A stretch of DNA of 64,000 nucleotides, from the NCBI RefSeq assembly GCF_009914755.1, contig NC_060943.1. One strand, written 5' to 3'. A program made the position numbers and the translations under genes. Below the pieces are notes generated by a model. It saw only the letters and a program-made list of their open reading frames with translations. It was not told the origin of the DNA and searched no databases. This document shows positions 14,923 to 31,113 of this stretch, piece by piece. Source of the DNA: the human T2T-CHM13v2.0 reference genome, Homo sapiens. Numbering within the stretch: position 1 is the stretch's first letter; every line of letters begins with the position of its first letter.

Positions 14923-15263
14923 TGTATTAGTCTGTTTTCACGCTGCTGATAAAGACATATCCAAGACTGGGCAATTTACAAAAGAAAGGTTTAATGGACT
15001 TACAGTTTCACGTGGCTGGGGAGGCCTCACAATCATGGCAGAAGGTCAAAGGCACGTCTCACATGGCGGCAGACAAGAGAAGAGAGCTTGAGCAGGGAAC
15101 CTCCCCTTTATAAAAAACCATCAGATCTCGTGAGACTTATTCACTATCACAAGAACAGCATGGGAAAGACCTGCCCCCATGATTCAATTACCTCCCACGG
15201 GGTCCCTCCCACATGTGGGAATTCAAGATGAGATTTGGGTGGGGACACAGCCAAACCATATCA
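14923..15263 (-). mobile_element. THE1 (MaLR) solo LTR
   Basis: TGTATTAGTCTGTTTTCACGCTGCTG...CCAAACCATATCA; 5-bp TSD GAAGA on both sides. Confidence 0.9.
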
Positions 15264-16139
15264 GAAGAGAATGCCAATCCCTCCGTAGGTAAGTTAGGCA
15301 AAAATGATGTATTTTATTTTGGTGGAACCCAGTAGTAACTAATTTTTAAACTAGCTTTATAAATTCTTTTATCATTAGGAGGTTTCATACGCTAACCAGA
15401 TGATTATATGTCCAGGTGCTTGATGTTAGTTTTTTGTAACTTCTCCTGGATACCATTAATGGCCTTTGTACATTTAATTATCCCTTCCCTTTGATGATGG
15501 GAGTGCTCTTAAATTTGATGTAAAATGAAGTTAATGTGTCAGATCATGTCCAGACATTCATATCAGATTTCAATCATCTGGTGAGAGTTTACTGGGTGAC
15601 CAAGTTATGGGAAGGTATAGAAGAGTGTTCAGGAAAACTTTTAGGGCAGCAGTTCTCAGTAGGCTGACTTCAGCCCCCAGGGGACATTTGGCAATGTCTG
15701 GAGACATTTTTGGTTGTCACGACCAGGAGCTAGGGGCTGGAGAGAATTTTTCCTGGCATCCAGTGGGTGAGGTGAGGGAAGATCCTCAATATCCTACCAC
15801 GCACAGGGCAGCCCCCCACAACAAAGCAATGTCTGTCCCCAGTGTCAATAACCCTGGTATTGAGAAACTCGGTAAGGTCTGAGGCCATTCAGCTGTTGAG
15901 CTCACTGCTGTCTCCTTGGCCACTAGCACTTATTCGGCTCTCAGTGAATGAATGAATGCACAGCACGAACCTGTAATCAAGGACCAAGCGAACTGCGGGA
16001 GGCAGGGTTGCTCCTGAGAGCAAACAGTGACCTAGTTAACCTGGCGACAGGCGTGAAAGGAAGTCTGGGTTTCCAATCAAAAATCGGGAGGGAAGGAAAA
16101 AAGAGTGAATCAATTCTTGCGAAAAGTCTCTGCGCACTT

Positions 16140-17300
16140 ACTAGAAAGCACGCGGCCAGGAATCATGCAGGGCGCCTGCACGCATATTATTATTTAAATA
16201 AAGGTGTCCCTCAGCACAAACAGCCCGCAAGGTCACGGAAACTCCTTCAGTCCCATCCCCGGGCTCGGTCCTCCCACGAATCTCCCCCTCCTCCCACGTC
16301 CCCGCCCCAGGCGCATGCGCCCTCCCTCTCCCCAACCCACCCCAGTCCGGCCTCCGCCAGTGACGTCACCGCAAGGGCGGAAGGGAAGCTAAAGTCGTTA
16401 CCATGGTGACCGCGACACACTCAGAAACGTCTACTAGTGACGGTCAAGCCACCTACAACCGGTCCCAAAGCCGCAAACGAGTCAGGCATCGTGGTAGGAC
16501 CTGGCGAGTGGGGCCGGGGAGAGCGGGACGCCTGGATCGGGAACTTGTCGCATTCACATTGGCTGCTAGGAGGCCTCGGCGACCACTTCCGGATCCGGGG
16601 CGGGGGTCGCAACTCCCAGCCCTTGCTCAGAGGGCTGAACTAGAATTCCCAGAAGCCTCTGCGGCCGCCTTCCTGCTCCTTCACTCCTGCTTCCCCCACA
16701 AATAACAGTGAGTGAAAGCATCTAACAAGCGTTTCCAACTCGCCGAATCATTACTAGTGCAGGCATTTTTATTCTAAGCTGCTTTTTACTAAAACGTGCT
16801 CTTGTCGCTCTGAACCTTTAGGACTACAATACCCAGAAGTCTCTGGGAGTCGCCGAGCCCTGTAGTTTAGGGTTGTTTTGCGGCCAGCGAGACGCCGGAA
16901 GTCTGGGAATAAGGCGGGACCAGGGAAAAAGCAGGATTCCGATTGGTGAAGAGGCCACATGGCCTTCTTTAAAGGACGGGATAGAGTTGCACACGCGCAT
17001 TGAGGCGTGTCTTCCCTGGTTCTGCGTCCGTGAAGCCTAGAGATTCCCGAGCCTGGGTCACCCGGGCGGTGTCGCATGTCGTCTGCGGGGAGGTTGGGGC
17101 TGCTCGCGCGAGGCGCTCTGGGTCTCATTTCCGAGGCCGAAAATGCTGGCTCCAAAGTGGTGCCCTGGGAGATGAGGGCGACTCGCAGATTCCACCCTAT
17201 TCTCTGAATGGGCTTCGAGTCTCCATGGTAACGGCCCCTCCCAGTTCCCCTGTGACTTCATAGCTGCCCACGGGAGGGGAGAAAGCTGATGTGAAGGGGC
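16140..17300. promoter_or_regulatory. CpG-island, probably bidirectional promoter (likely an upstream ZSCAN5A promoter on - and a non-coding transcript on +)
   Basis: High CpG density. GC box 16300-16308, NRF1 GCGCATGCGC 16311-16320, CRE TGACGTCA 16361-16368, ETS ACTTCCGG 16585-16592 and CCGGAAGT 16895-16902, ZNF143/SBS-like motifs 16639-16658 and 16823-16841, inverted CCAAT 16942-16946, RFX X-boxes 16397-16410 and 17219-17232. Gene assignment is from locus recall only. Confidence 0.8.
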
Positions 17301-18246
17301 TGTGGGTTCTGAGCCAAGCTCTGTCTTTGAGGCCACCTACCCTATACCACTCGTCCCGGAAAGGGTGAGCCGGTGACCTTTCACCCTCTCTGGGCCTCAG
17401 TTTCCCTTTTTGTGAAATAATGTCTGGTACCCCTGCTGTGCTCCCTTACTATTTCAGGGCCCCGGGCAAGAGACACACTCTGTGTCTCAGTTTCCGCATA
17501 GGTAAAGTGAGGATGATGTTAGAATTTGATGTTAAAATTTAGGTGGTGGTTGTGAGAATTAAGGGAACCTCAGAGCAATGGCCAGCACACAATGACCCTT
17601 CAAATGTCAGCGGCTTTGATGATCACCATTCTTACCTTTTCTTTGGAGATTTGGACAAGTTACCGCCCCACCTTCCTCCAGGGTCTTTGTGTATTGATCT
17701 GCAGGTTGGATGTATTGGATGTTACGACCACTAAACTTTCTTCTGAGCACACACGAGCAGTGGTGTTGTTCTCTCTGAGAAATACTACAGGCTTTGGTGT
17801 TAAGACACTGGAATTCCGGAAACCTGTCCCTGTCATACCAGTTGCTGTGTGACCTCCGTCAATCATGGTTCTTTACTGAGCCCTGAGACTCCGCACGTGA
17901 AAATGGATGGGGATGAACTTCCAGTCCAGGCAGTGCCACTGACTTTGCTTGGGGACCTGGGGCAAGCTCTGTGGCCCAGCATTGCACCATCTGTAACAAC
18001 ATAACCAAGGGGTGCGCAATTGAGCTTTGAGGTTAATTTCGGTGCTAAAATCCCGGTCAGTAGTTCCGTCATCTTCACAGACCTCACCCTACCCAATGCC
18101 CTTTTTGTGCTCCACATCCCAATCAACACTTACTGATTCCAGATTTGTAATTTTTGCCATTGTAGTGAGAAGTAATTAACTATTTTATGGTTTTTTAAAT
18201 TTGAATTTTTGACTATCAGGATTAGCATATTTTTTTTTTCTTCGTT

Positions 18247-18358
18247 AAAGACTAGTCAAGTGCATTAGTGAGGAGGGGGGAAAGAGTAGAACAAGGAATT
18301 TGGTCTGTAACTGACTGTGGACAATACATTGGTAGAACTCACTACCTTTGAGCCAGCC
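18247..18358 (-). pseudogene. Y1 RNA (RNY1) retropseudogene
   Basis: The - strand follows hY1 (GGCTGG..AAGGTAGTGAGTT...CAGTCAGTTACAGA...CTCTTTCCCCCC...GCACTTGACTAGTCTTT); poly(A) remnant at ~18230-18242. Confidence 0.9.
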
Positions 18359-18565
18359 AGAATCTTTTTATTATTCACTGGATATTCAGGTTTTGCCTCT
18401 GTAAATTTTCTTTCATTGCCATTTTTTTCAAATAGTTCATTCAATCTTTGTTTTCAGATGTGCTTTCCACAATCAGGTTACAAATTCTCTGCCACTAATG
18501 ATCATTACAATTCCTCTTCTCAGCCTGTTTATTGTTTGGTCTGTTTATGGTTTCTCAGGCTTCTT

Positions 18566-18856
18566 ATTTATTTATTTAGACAGAGTCATGCTCTGTTTTC
18601 CAGGCTAGAGTGCAGTGGTGTGATCTTGGCTCACTGTAGCCTTGACCTCCTGGGCTTAAGCAATCCTCCCACCTCCGCCACCTGAGTAGCTGGGACTACA
18701 GGCGCATGCCACCACCTGCAGCTAATTTCTGTATATTTTGTAGAGATGGGGTTTTGCCACATTGCCCAGGCTGGTCTCGAACTCCTGGGCTCAAGCGATC
18801 CAGCCGCCTTGGCCTCCAGAGTGCTGGGATTACAGGTGTGAGCCACCATGCCTGGA
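18566..18856 (-). mobile_element. AluJ inserted in the V2R pseudogene tail
   Basis: TSD aggcttctt on both sides; absent from the paralogous V2R copy at ~40035. Confidence 0.9.
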
Positions 18857-19724
18857 CTAGGCTTCTTTAAACATTGAATAGTGTTCCTTTCTAGATGAAG
18901 GAGGATCACATAGCACTTGGGAGCAAAGATGCAGCCAAGTAACCCAGTGCTGGAGCCCACGATGGAGAAGATCTCACGGCCACTCTGGCCTTGCCCTGGG
19001 TGCTTTAGTAACTCGGGAGGAAGGCCACCCAGACACTGCAGGACACCAGCATGCTGAAGGTCAGGAACTTGGCTTCGTTGAAAGCATCAGGCAGGTTCCT
19101 TGCCAGAAAGGCTACAGCAAGGGACCCTAAAACCAAGAAGCCCAAGTAGCCCAAGACAGAGTAGAAGGCAGTGACGGAGCCCTCATTACACTGGATAATG
19201 ATGTAGCCAGGCATGAACTGAGGGTCCTTGTTTACGAAGGGAGGCTCTGTCCCCAGCCAGATTCCACAGAGGGTCACTTGGGTAAAGGAGCAAAGGAAGA
19301 CAACAGAATTTGTTTTTTGGGGACCCATCCACTTTCGGATCCTGCTTTCTGGCCTTATAGCCTGGAAGGCCCTGCAGAAAACACAGCCACTGTGAACACA
19401 GCTGCAAAGGTGGTCTGTGAGAGGAGGCAGGTGGCAGGGCTGGGGCGGCCGATGAAGAGCGAGGAAGAGAGAAAGCAGAGTGTGAGGGAGACAAGGAGGG
19501 TGTAGCTCAGAGTCTGGTTGCTGGCCTTGACTATGGGAGTGTTTTGGTGCCACACAAACTCCACAAGGATCAGAACAGAGAGGACAGAGTAGAACAAGGC
19601 TGTGCATGCCAGAGTCAGGCCCAAAGTTTCATCATAGGCCAGGAAGGTCTCCTATTTGAGAAGGTATGTTCCCTTTTCTTGTTTGGATAATGATATTCAG
19701 GACAAAGCCTGCATTGTTTTATAT
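18857..19724 (-). pseudogene. VN2R17P: Vomeronasal type-2 receptor pseudogene, terminal Cys-rich/7TM exon (probably VN2R17P)
   Basis: Acceptor tttatttcag at 19725, then (D)IKQCRLCPEYHYPN. Family C GPCR motifs [39 protein letters not shown] and [15 protein letters not shown] are split across frames by frameshifts/stops. Symbol is from locus recall. Confidence 0.88.
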
Positions 19725-20938
19725 CTGAAATAAACAAAAAGGGTGTCACTGTCTCCAAAACAGAGCACTGCACGTTTGGTAAGATTCCATTGCCCAGAGC
19801 TCTCACCACCACAGCGCCATTTAGGTGGACTGTTTGGCTGGTGTGTGTGTGTGTGTGAGAGTTGTGTGTGTGAGTTGTGTGTGTGCGTGCACGCAAGCAT
19901 GCGTATATGTGTTCTGCATGTGTTTTAAAGGAAAACATAAATACTTCACCAGCTTTTTTTTTTTGACCATTTTAATCAGTTTTATTGATTCATGCTTCCG
20001 GTTCTTATTCAGTTCAAAACAAGGCACATTAAATACATCCTCTTATTGCTTTATAAATGCACGTAGCTCATTCTCTATATCAAAAGTAATAAATAATGGC
20101 CATAAAACACCAAGACCTTTATAAAAATGACAACCCAGCCTTGAACATAGTATTTAACAGTCCAATCTAGAACAATAACCCAACACGGTACATCAAAGTG
20201 CCACATATGAAAACATGCAGTGTGTGTAGTCACTCTAGTACTGAGCTTGCACTGGCTATTCTTTAAAAACATACTAGGGCTTTTTCACTCCTTAAAAAAG
20301 GTGGACATGATGCAAACATTGCAAGTTATAGCATCACTGACTTTAATATTACATTTATGTGCCAAAAATCTTTACAGATACATAAGAGAAAATAAAATCA
20401 ATGATAACACCGTATATTTAATAAAAGTGAAAATGAGTTTTTTGTTGTGCCAAAGAGGAAGCTACATATTTTGAAACAGACAAAGCCAAGCCAGAAACTG
20501 AAGCAGAAGAGGGATCACGCATTTAATAGCAGAAATCCTAATACACTCAGTATAAATTGATTGAAAGCAGGAATATTGCAAACAGCATGATGGATATGAG
20601 GCAGACCACCTTGGCTAAACAAATAATCCAGCATTATCATTATTGTTATGACTGTGGTGGGGCTATTTAAAGGAGTATCCAACTCTCTAGCACAGATGGG
20701 GGTTCCTTCACCTGACTCCCCTTAAAGGCTCTTGAAATAAATCACTTGATAATAAAAGGCAATCCCTGCATACCCACCCCAACCCCAACAGAATCAACTA
20801 ATGTCAAGTTTATATGCAAATGGAAAATTTTTTCTTTTGTTCTTGGAACGAATTTCAAAGAAGCTCATTCCCCCCTATTTCTTGTCTCCCTTTCTTAAAT
20901 CAGGTAAGGAAGCTGTACAGGCTTAATTCAGAACTTAT

Positions 20939-21268
<330 letters not shown>

Positions 21269-22010
21269 TTATTCACAGTAATGGCTTGAAATCAGTTCAT
21301 TTCCAAACGAGTCTCTGGGATTGGTGAAGGACCGTGTGTTTTAGCATTTAGCAGATTTTAAGTAAAAGCAGATATGCTCAAAAGAAGAAAAGTGTGCTTT
21401 TCTTTGTCCTTAAAGGAACTTCATTCATAGCAAAATATGCACAAACAAGACCTGTTTAACAAACACAGATCTGCTCGGGCCAGTCGCATCCTAAGCCCGG
21501 TCCCTCCTGTAACTATGGTCCACTGGAATTGGGACTCTTCTGTCGAGGTTCTCTTCTGCAGTTTTCATTAGTATAAAGAGCCGGCTTCCAGACACCCTTC
21601 CTTTTTGAATAGCACTCATCAGCTGCAAAAATTCATTGAGTTCAACCTGTCCATTTTTATTCAAATCGACTTCATTTAGAATTTCATGGAGTGTATTTTC
21701 ATCCATTTGGACATTGATACTCTCTAATACACATGGAACATCAACAATGGTAATAAAGCCTTTCTGGTCTGCATCAGACTTACAAAATCTCTTCTTATAC
21801 CTGTCACTGTCTGAAGGCAGTAGGCTAATTTCAGAGCCATCTGTTAACTGTTCTGATCAAAATTTAGTCTGTTTCATAATATAGAAACTTCCTGGTTGTT
21901 TCAAGTTGTTCCTGTTTCTTATAATCATCTCAATTCTGTTCTCTGCCCATTAGTTCAACAATCCTGAGTAGGGCTTGCTCTGCTGCCCGGACATTTAGAA
22001 AGGCCAGGCG

Positions 22011-22412
<402 letters not shown>

Positions 22413-24591
22413 TTAATCCCATAGTTCACCTCTGCTTCAATATATGGAAATTCTGACACAAGACGTACTCCAACAATAGGCCACCTTTTGCTAGTCACAC
22501 TTGCCATTGTGGCCACCTCAAAAGCCTTATCACCATAGGTGGCAGCAAGATGCTGTGCCCCCTCGCTTTCAAGTCCATAATCCTGGACAAGCTTCATGTA
22601 GAGTGTGGGGTTCCAATCTTTACCCCCTTGAAGGAAAAGCCCAGCTGTTCTACTTGGTCCTGCTTTCAAATTGTGGGTTTTGATAGCAGCATTTAGGGTA
22701 TCTTCGCCACAGACCGGTAAGTTGTCCACTTTCCACCTGCTGTAGTAATAAGACTTCTCTCACTGACATGGACAACATGATTTCAGGAGATAGACTGAGT
22801 ATCTGCAGATTTGGGATCTGTAACAAGGGGACGGATACTGCTCCACGCTGCTAGGATGTCGCCCCTCTTCTCACCTCAACATCACAGCTCAGGTAATTAC
22901 GTGCTTCATTCAAAATGAAGTTAATATCTTCTTCTGAAGGACTTGGATGGTGTGTAATATCAGTTGGGGTATCAGTAGTGCCAGCAATCATCATCTTTTG
23001 CCAGGGTAAGAAGAAAATAACTCGCCCATCACTGGTCAAGAAGTCCCATGCCCTCTGGGCTGTAATAACCAGGCATCACAATGTGGACACCAGCAGTTGG
23101 CTGGCAGATAGCTGCAGCATCCTTATCATCTATTTTGCACACAGAGTCTGTGAAATGTCCAACGGCATTGATAACACACTTGGCTTTCATGTCAAATTCC
23201 TGCCCTGTGAGGACATCCTTGCACCATGCACCACTCACACGCACTTTCGCTGTCTGTCTGGGTGTCTGTCTTCTTAAGCAAGCTCACTACCTCCCTGTCA
23301 TTGACTGTGGCATCCCCATATCTGGCAGCAGTCAGCACAATGGCAAGGTTCATCCATGCATCGTTATGTCGTCCATCATAGTAGACAATTCCTCCTACCA
23401 GTTTGTCCTTCTGGAGCATTGGGAAATGTTCAAGGGCTCTTGATTTGCTGAGGACATAACTGCTTTTCAGGCAATTACTTCCTGCAACCAAATCATACAG
23501 CTTGATTCCTACCCAGTAGTAAGGTAACTGCCACCACTTGTAAACTGGAAGCATGATAGGCAATGGAGCTGATAAATGGGGAGAAATTTCTGGCAGGTTG
23601 GCACGCTCATCAAGGGCTTCTGTTACCATCCGGTACTGCTCAATATCCAACTTCATCATGGCCTTCTGAAGATATCTCACACCACCATGGATCAAATTAG
23701 TGCTTCTGCTGCTGGTCCCTGGTAAGTAATCATCTCTTTCTACAAGGCTGTTTTTAGTCCTCTGGTGACGGCATCTAGTGCACAGCCACTTCCTCTTTCT
23801 TCTCCTCCCATAACAAGGATATCAAATTCAGATATATTTTTGCAAAGTCAGTAGCTGAGCGTCTCTGGAAGGAGGCTCCCTGTTAACAGGTTCTGAAATG
23901 CAGTCTGCTGCTTCAACATAGACCAGGCTCATTTGTTTCCTTCTGTAATAAGCAAACTGAGAAAGTCCTAAAACAGTTGCAAGAGCACCTCCTTCAACAA
24001 GAATTGTCCCTTTCACTGCCTTTTGAAAGGCCATTTCTTAGCCTGAGGACTTCTCATTGTCTGCCGCCAGATCTGGCTTCCCCTATTCCACACCTCTCAG
24101 CCGGCAGGCTTCCCTAGGCCTACAAATTTGTCCAGGAGGCGGGCGACCCCGCAACCCCACCATCAGAGCTCAGAGCCCTCGCCTGGCTTTACACTTCACC
24201 AGCTTTTCCAGTAATACTGGGGGCAAAATATCCTGGAAAAACTTCCACTACAGTGTCTTTAATAATTGTGGATCTTACCTCTCTGTTCATCTCTGTCTCT
24301 ATCTCATGTAAACGCGTTCCCTCCCTGCCCAATCTATCTCTCGCCATCTTGATATCTATCTATAGATACAGACATGTAGTCGCCTCTCAGTATGTCTGTA
24401 GGGGATTAGTTCTAGGATCATCTCAGGCACCAAAATCTCAGGCTGCTCAAGTCCACTGCATAAAATGAAGTACTATTTGCATATAACCTAGCACTTACTC
24501 CTGTATACTTTAAATCATCTCTAGATTACATATAATACCTAATACAATGTAAATGCTATGTAAATAGTTGTTAGACTCTCTTGGTTTTTAA

Positions 24592-25576
<985 letters not shown>

Positions 25577-26447
25577 TAGATACATAATAGTTATATATAT
25601 TGTGGGATCAGTGGTATTTTGATGCATGCATACAATGTCTAATGATAAACCAGGACAATTGGGACTCCATCACCCCAAACCTGCACCCTTTCTTTATGTT
25701 GGAAACATTTCAATTCCTCCCCTCCAGCAACTTTAAATCATACAACAAATTATTGTTAACTATAGTTGCCCTGCTGTACTACTGAACAGTAGATCTTATT
25801 CATTCTATCCAACTGTATTTTTGTGCCCACAAAACAACCTCTCTCCTTTCCCCCTCTATTCATAGCCTCCGGTAACCACCAATCAACTCTCTAATTCCAT
25901 GAGATCCATGTTTTTAGCTCCCACATATGAGTGAGAAGATGGAATATTTGTCCATCTATTCCTGGCTTATTTCACTTAACATAATGTCCTCCAATTCTAT
26001 CCATGTTGCAGCAAATAACATTTTATTCTTTTTTATGGCTGAATAATATTCCATTGTGTATATGTATCATATTTTGTTCTTCAGTTGGTCAAGAGGTATA
26101 TGAAACTCTGTTCAACATCAGCACATCAGGGAAATGCAAATCAAAACCACAATGAGAAATTATCTCACTCCAGTTAAAATGGCTTTTATCAGAAAGCCAA
26201 AAAATAATGGATGCTGGTGAGGATGCAGAGTAAGGGGAACCCTCGTACAATGTTGGTGGGAAAGTAAATTAGTACAGCCACTATGGAAAACTGTGGTGGT
26301 TCATCAAACAACTAAAAATAGAATCCCCATGTGACTGGCATTCCCACTGCTGTGTACATGTTCAAAAAAAAAAAAAAAAAAAGGAAGTTAGTAGGTCAAA
26401 AAGATATCTGCCCTCCCACATTTACTGACACAAATTTCTGAGGGCCT

Positions 26448-27028
26448 GTGGAGGAAAAGTTAAATATTAAGTTTGAATTCAATTGAACATGGCCACAAAC
26501 AATGGTCACCAAGTCCTGGAACAGGTTGTGTGAGCCCCTTGAGGCATTCACCCAGCACTGTTTTGGAGAACTGTCTATTTCAATCTATTCCTATACATTA
26601 GTTATTGAAAAACAATAGACAACCACAAAAAAAAGTTGACCTTTTTGTGTTCCTTGAGCCCAGTCGTGAAGGGCCCTTGTGACTGGGCCTCATGTCAAAC
26701 AACTCCTTACAAAAAGAACTAGGGTCCCAGACTGCGTTGAAGCTTCATGAGACCTCTCATTTTCTGTGCATGGACGAGTGTCTGACTCTGGAGCCTAGGC
26801 TGTTGCTTCCCAGCCTGGTGGTGAATCCTCCATAGTCTGGTGAGTGTAAATAGATGTATATCTTTTCCCTTCTTCCCTCCCCATTGCAATTTGCTTATTA
26901 TATCCATTTGCTTATTATATAATTTGCTTATTCTATCTACATTGCCATTTACGTGGGATAAAGGTTGTTTACCCTTAAAGGTATTGTGTGTGTGTCTTTT
27001 CTTCTCCCCTCACACGTTTCCCACACAG
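26448..27028. mobile_element. ERV solo LTR (subfamily unassigned)
   Basis: TGTGGAGGAAAAGTTAAATATT start typical of a primate LTR; a THE1/MST LTR fragment follows at ~27075-27130. Confidence 0.65.
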
Positions 27029-27619
27029 AATGGGGCCCCTCCCCAGAAACTGTCTTCCTTCCTAATGTCCCGCTTTATGGGAGCTCAGTTCAAGATGAGA
27101 TTTGGGTGGGGACACAGCCAAACCATATCAATGACTGCTTTGTTTGGCCCAGATTCCAGTTGTATCTACTGGGAGAGGAATTATCCCCTGAAAGAGAACA
27201 GGGAGGTCATGGGGCTTAGCTTGCTAGGTTCCCTTCTTGTGTGAATTTCACTCTTGCATGACCTTTTATCCCTGCCTGAAAACTGTTGCCAGATAGAATG
27301 CATCCAGGTTTGTTGTTTTCTGTATCAGGAAGTCCAGTCTAGCACCAGTCACTCTGTCATCACCAGAAGTAGACACTTAAAAAAAAAAATAGCGTTTGAA
27401 GGGGTTAAGGAGGGAGAATTCATTAGATTAGTGAGGCAGATATACTGGTTATCTGTTGTTGTTGTTGCTGCTGTTTTCAGGATTTCAGGGCCTAGATTTT
27501 ATGACAAGAAATATTTCAAGAGGATTAGAGTGTGGTGTTAAAGAATTAAGAAGACAATATATATTGAGTGCCTTTTGCCAGCTTTGAGTTTTGATTAACA
27601 AAAAATTACATATATTTAG

Positions 27620-27957
<338 letters not shown>

Positions 27958-28023
27958 GATATACGTATATATTGTAAAATGTCTAAAACAAGCTAATAAA
28001 TATATCCACATCTCACAGTTACC

Positions 28024-28026
<3 letters not shown>

Positions 28027-28062
<36 letters not shown>
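28027..28062. repeat. (TG)n microsatellite
   Basis: About 18 TG units. Confidence 0.95.
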
Positions 28063-28064
<2 letters not shown>

Positions 28065-28787
28065 TGAGAACATTTGAGATAACTCTTGAAAAATTTCAAG
28101 TACACATTAGGATTCTCTATGTTCACCATGCTATACATTAGGTCTCTAACAGTATTTCATCTTATAGCTGAAAGTTTCTGCCCTTAGACAAGCATCTCCC
28201 CAATCCCCCAACCCTCCACCCCTGGTAACTGCCATTCTACTCTCTGTTACTACTCTCTGAGTTTGACTTTTTAATATTCCACATATAAATGGGAATCACG
28301 CAGTATGTGGCTCTCTGTGCGTGTCTTATTTCACTTCCCATAGTGTACCGCTGGGTGCCTTTCAGTACTGGGCGATTAACTGCAAATGACACCCCCACCC
28401 ACACATGCTCTCACGTAAATGTGCTGCATCTCTCCCTCCACTTCACTAATGGTACAAATCCCACTAGATCTCGAGTCTCCTCTGCTTTGATTTCCATCAT
28501 GGGCCCTAATATGCAACATATTGATGCGCTGCTCATAATCAATCATGCCAAGTCTTCTTCATGCCTGTGGCTTCCTCTTCAACACATAAAGAAACCAGCC
28601 TTGAGCAGAACATAGCAGCTGAAAGACACTCCTTACACTTTGCTCTGTACCCATCATTCACTCATCCAGCAAACATTCACTCAGTGCTATATGCTGACCC
28701 ACCTACAATGCCCTTCACGAGTTGAGGTTGTGCTTAACCTCAAAATAGTCATGTGACACTTACATGAATATAGAAAAGCTACAGTGA

Positions 28788-29140
28788 TTTTTTTTTTTGT
28801 TAGAGATAGAGTCTAATTTCAGGTGTCCATTAGGATTTACTACATTCGTCATGCTATATATACATTAGGTCTCTAATGTCACCCAGGCTGGAGTGTAGTG
28901 ACACGATCATGGCTCACTCCAGCCTCAAACTCCTGGGCTCAAGCAATACTCCTGCCTCAGCCTCCCAAGTAGCTAGGACTAAAGGTGCATCCCACCGCAC
29001 CTGGCTATGTTTTTTATTCTTTATAGAAATGGGGTCTTGCTATATTTCTCAGGCTGGTCTCGAACTCCTGGCCTCAAGCAATTCTCCCATCTCACCTCCC
29101 AAAGTGGGGGATTACAAGTGTGAGCCATAGCACCTGGCCA
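28788..29140 (-). mobile_element. AluJ carrying a ~60-bp non-Alu insert
   Basis: Alu sequence is interrupted at 28815-28876. Confidence 0.8.
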
Positions 29141-29149
29141 ACTGCAATG

Positions 29150-29790
29150 ATTTTAATTATAAATATATATATTTATTAATAATACATTTACTATGTTTAT
29201 ATATTATGTTTTATAATGTACATGTTAAATATGTATACCATATAAGTCATACACATATTGAATATAAATATGCACATTATATTAAATGACATTAAATATA
29301 TACAAATATCTTATATGTATGATATATAATTTTACATCCCAAAATGCATATTTTACAATATAAGTGCATGCATATCTTATACTATCTAGGTATAAATGTA
29401 TTTTATGTATTCTATACAAATACTATACAATACATAAATTTATGTATATATTCAATTTTACACATCTACTAATATATGTAATCTATTTTGTTTTTACATG
29501 TGTATTTACATACACATGCGATACATATGCACTGTAGTTCATGTATTACATATGCATAGTTGTGTGTTATATGTAGTATTACATAAGTATCCATACGTGT
29601 ATATATTTCCCATGTAAATGAATATGTGTAGTATAGATAATTCATATATATCAAAATATGATAGTATACATGATATATTTATATTCACATTAGTACATAT
29701 TTTGATACATATACATTATAAACCTTACATACATTTATATTATGAAGTATATCCACATAGTTAGAAGTAGCTTAATAATAAACTCAACAT
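29150..29790. repeat. AT-rich degenerate (TA/TATG) low-complexity region
   Basis: Base composition. Confidence 0.85.
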
Positions 29791-30094
29791 TTATGGTAGT
29801 GGTCATGTATGGGAGTAGCACAGTGAAGGGAGAAAGAGAGAAGCATGGATGGACAGGAGAAGTGATCAGTGTTTACTCCTTAGGTGGATGGGGATGTTTT
29901 TGGTAGTTCATCATTTTACTATGTTTTATAACTGACATGTATGTTGCAAGTTGTTTTTTCAACATATTGAATACTTCCAAAGATACAATTATAAAGAAAA
30001 ATGCTGTCACAGAATGCAAACTTCCTGTTTTAAAAATTTTACTATTTTATTATAAAATAATTTTAGTTTTATGACATTAAAAAAACATACTTGT

Positions 30095-31113
<1,019 letters not shown>

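Noticed and set aside
15948-17336. Several 60-153 aa ORFs over the CpG island
   Set aside because: Expected in GC-rich sequence; no recognisable protein similarity.
28340-28620. Possible remnant of a V2R extracellular exon (- strand, SEVEGEMQH)
   Set aside because: Similarity is too short to support without an alignment search.
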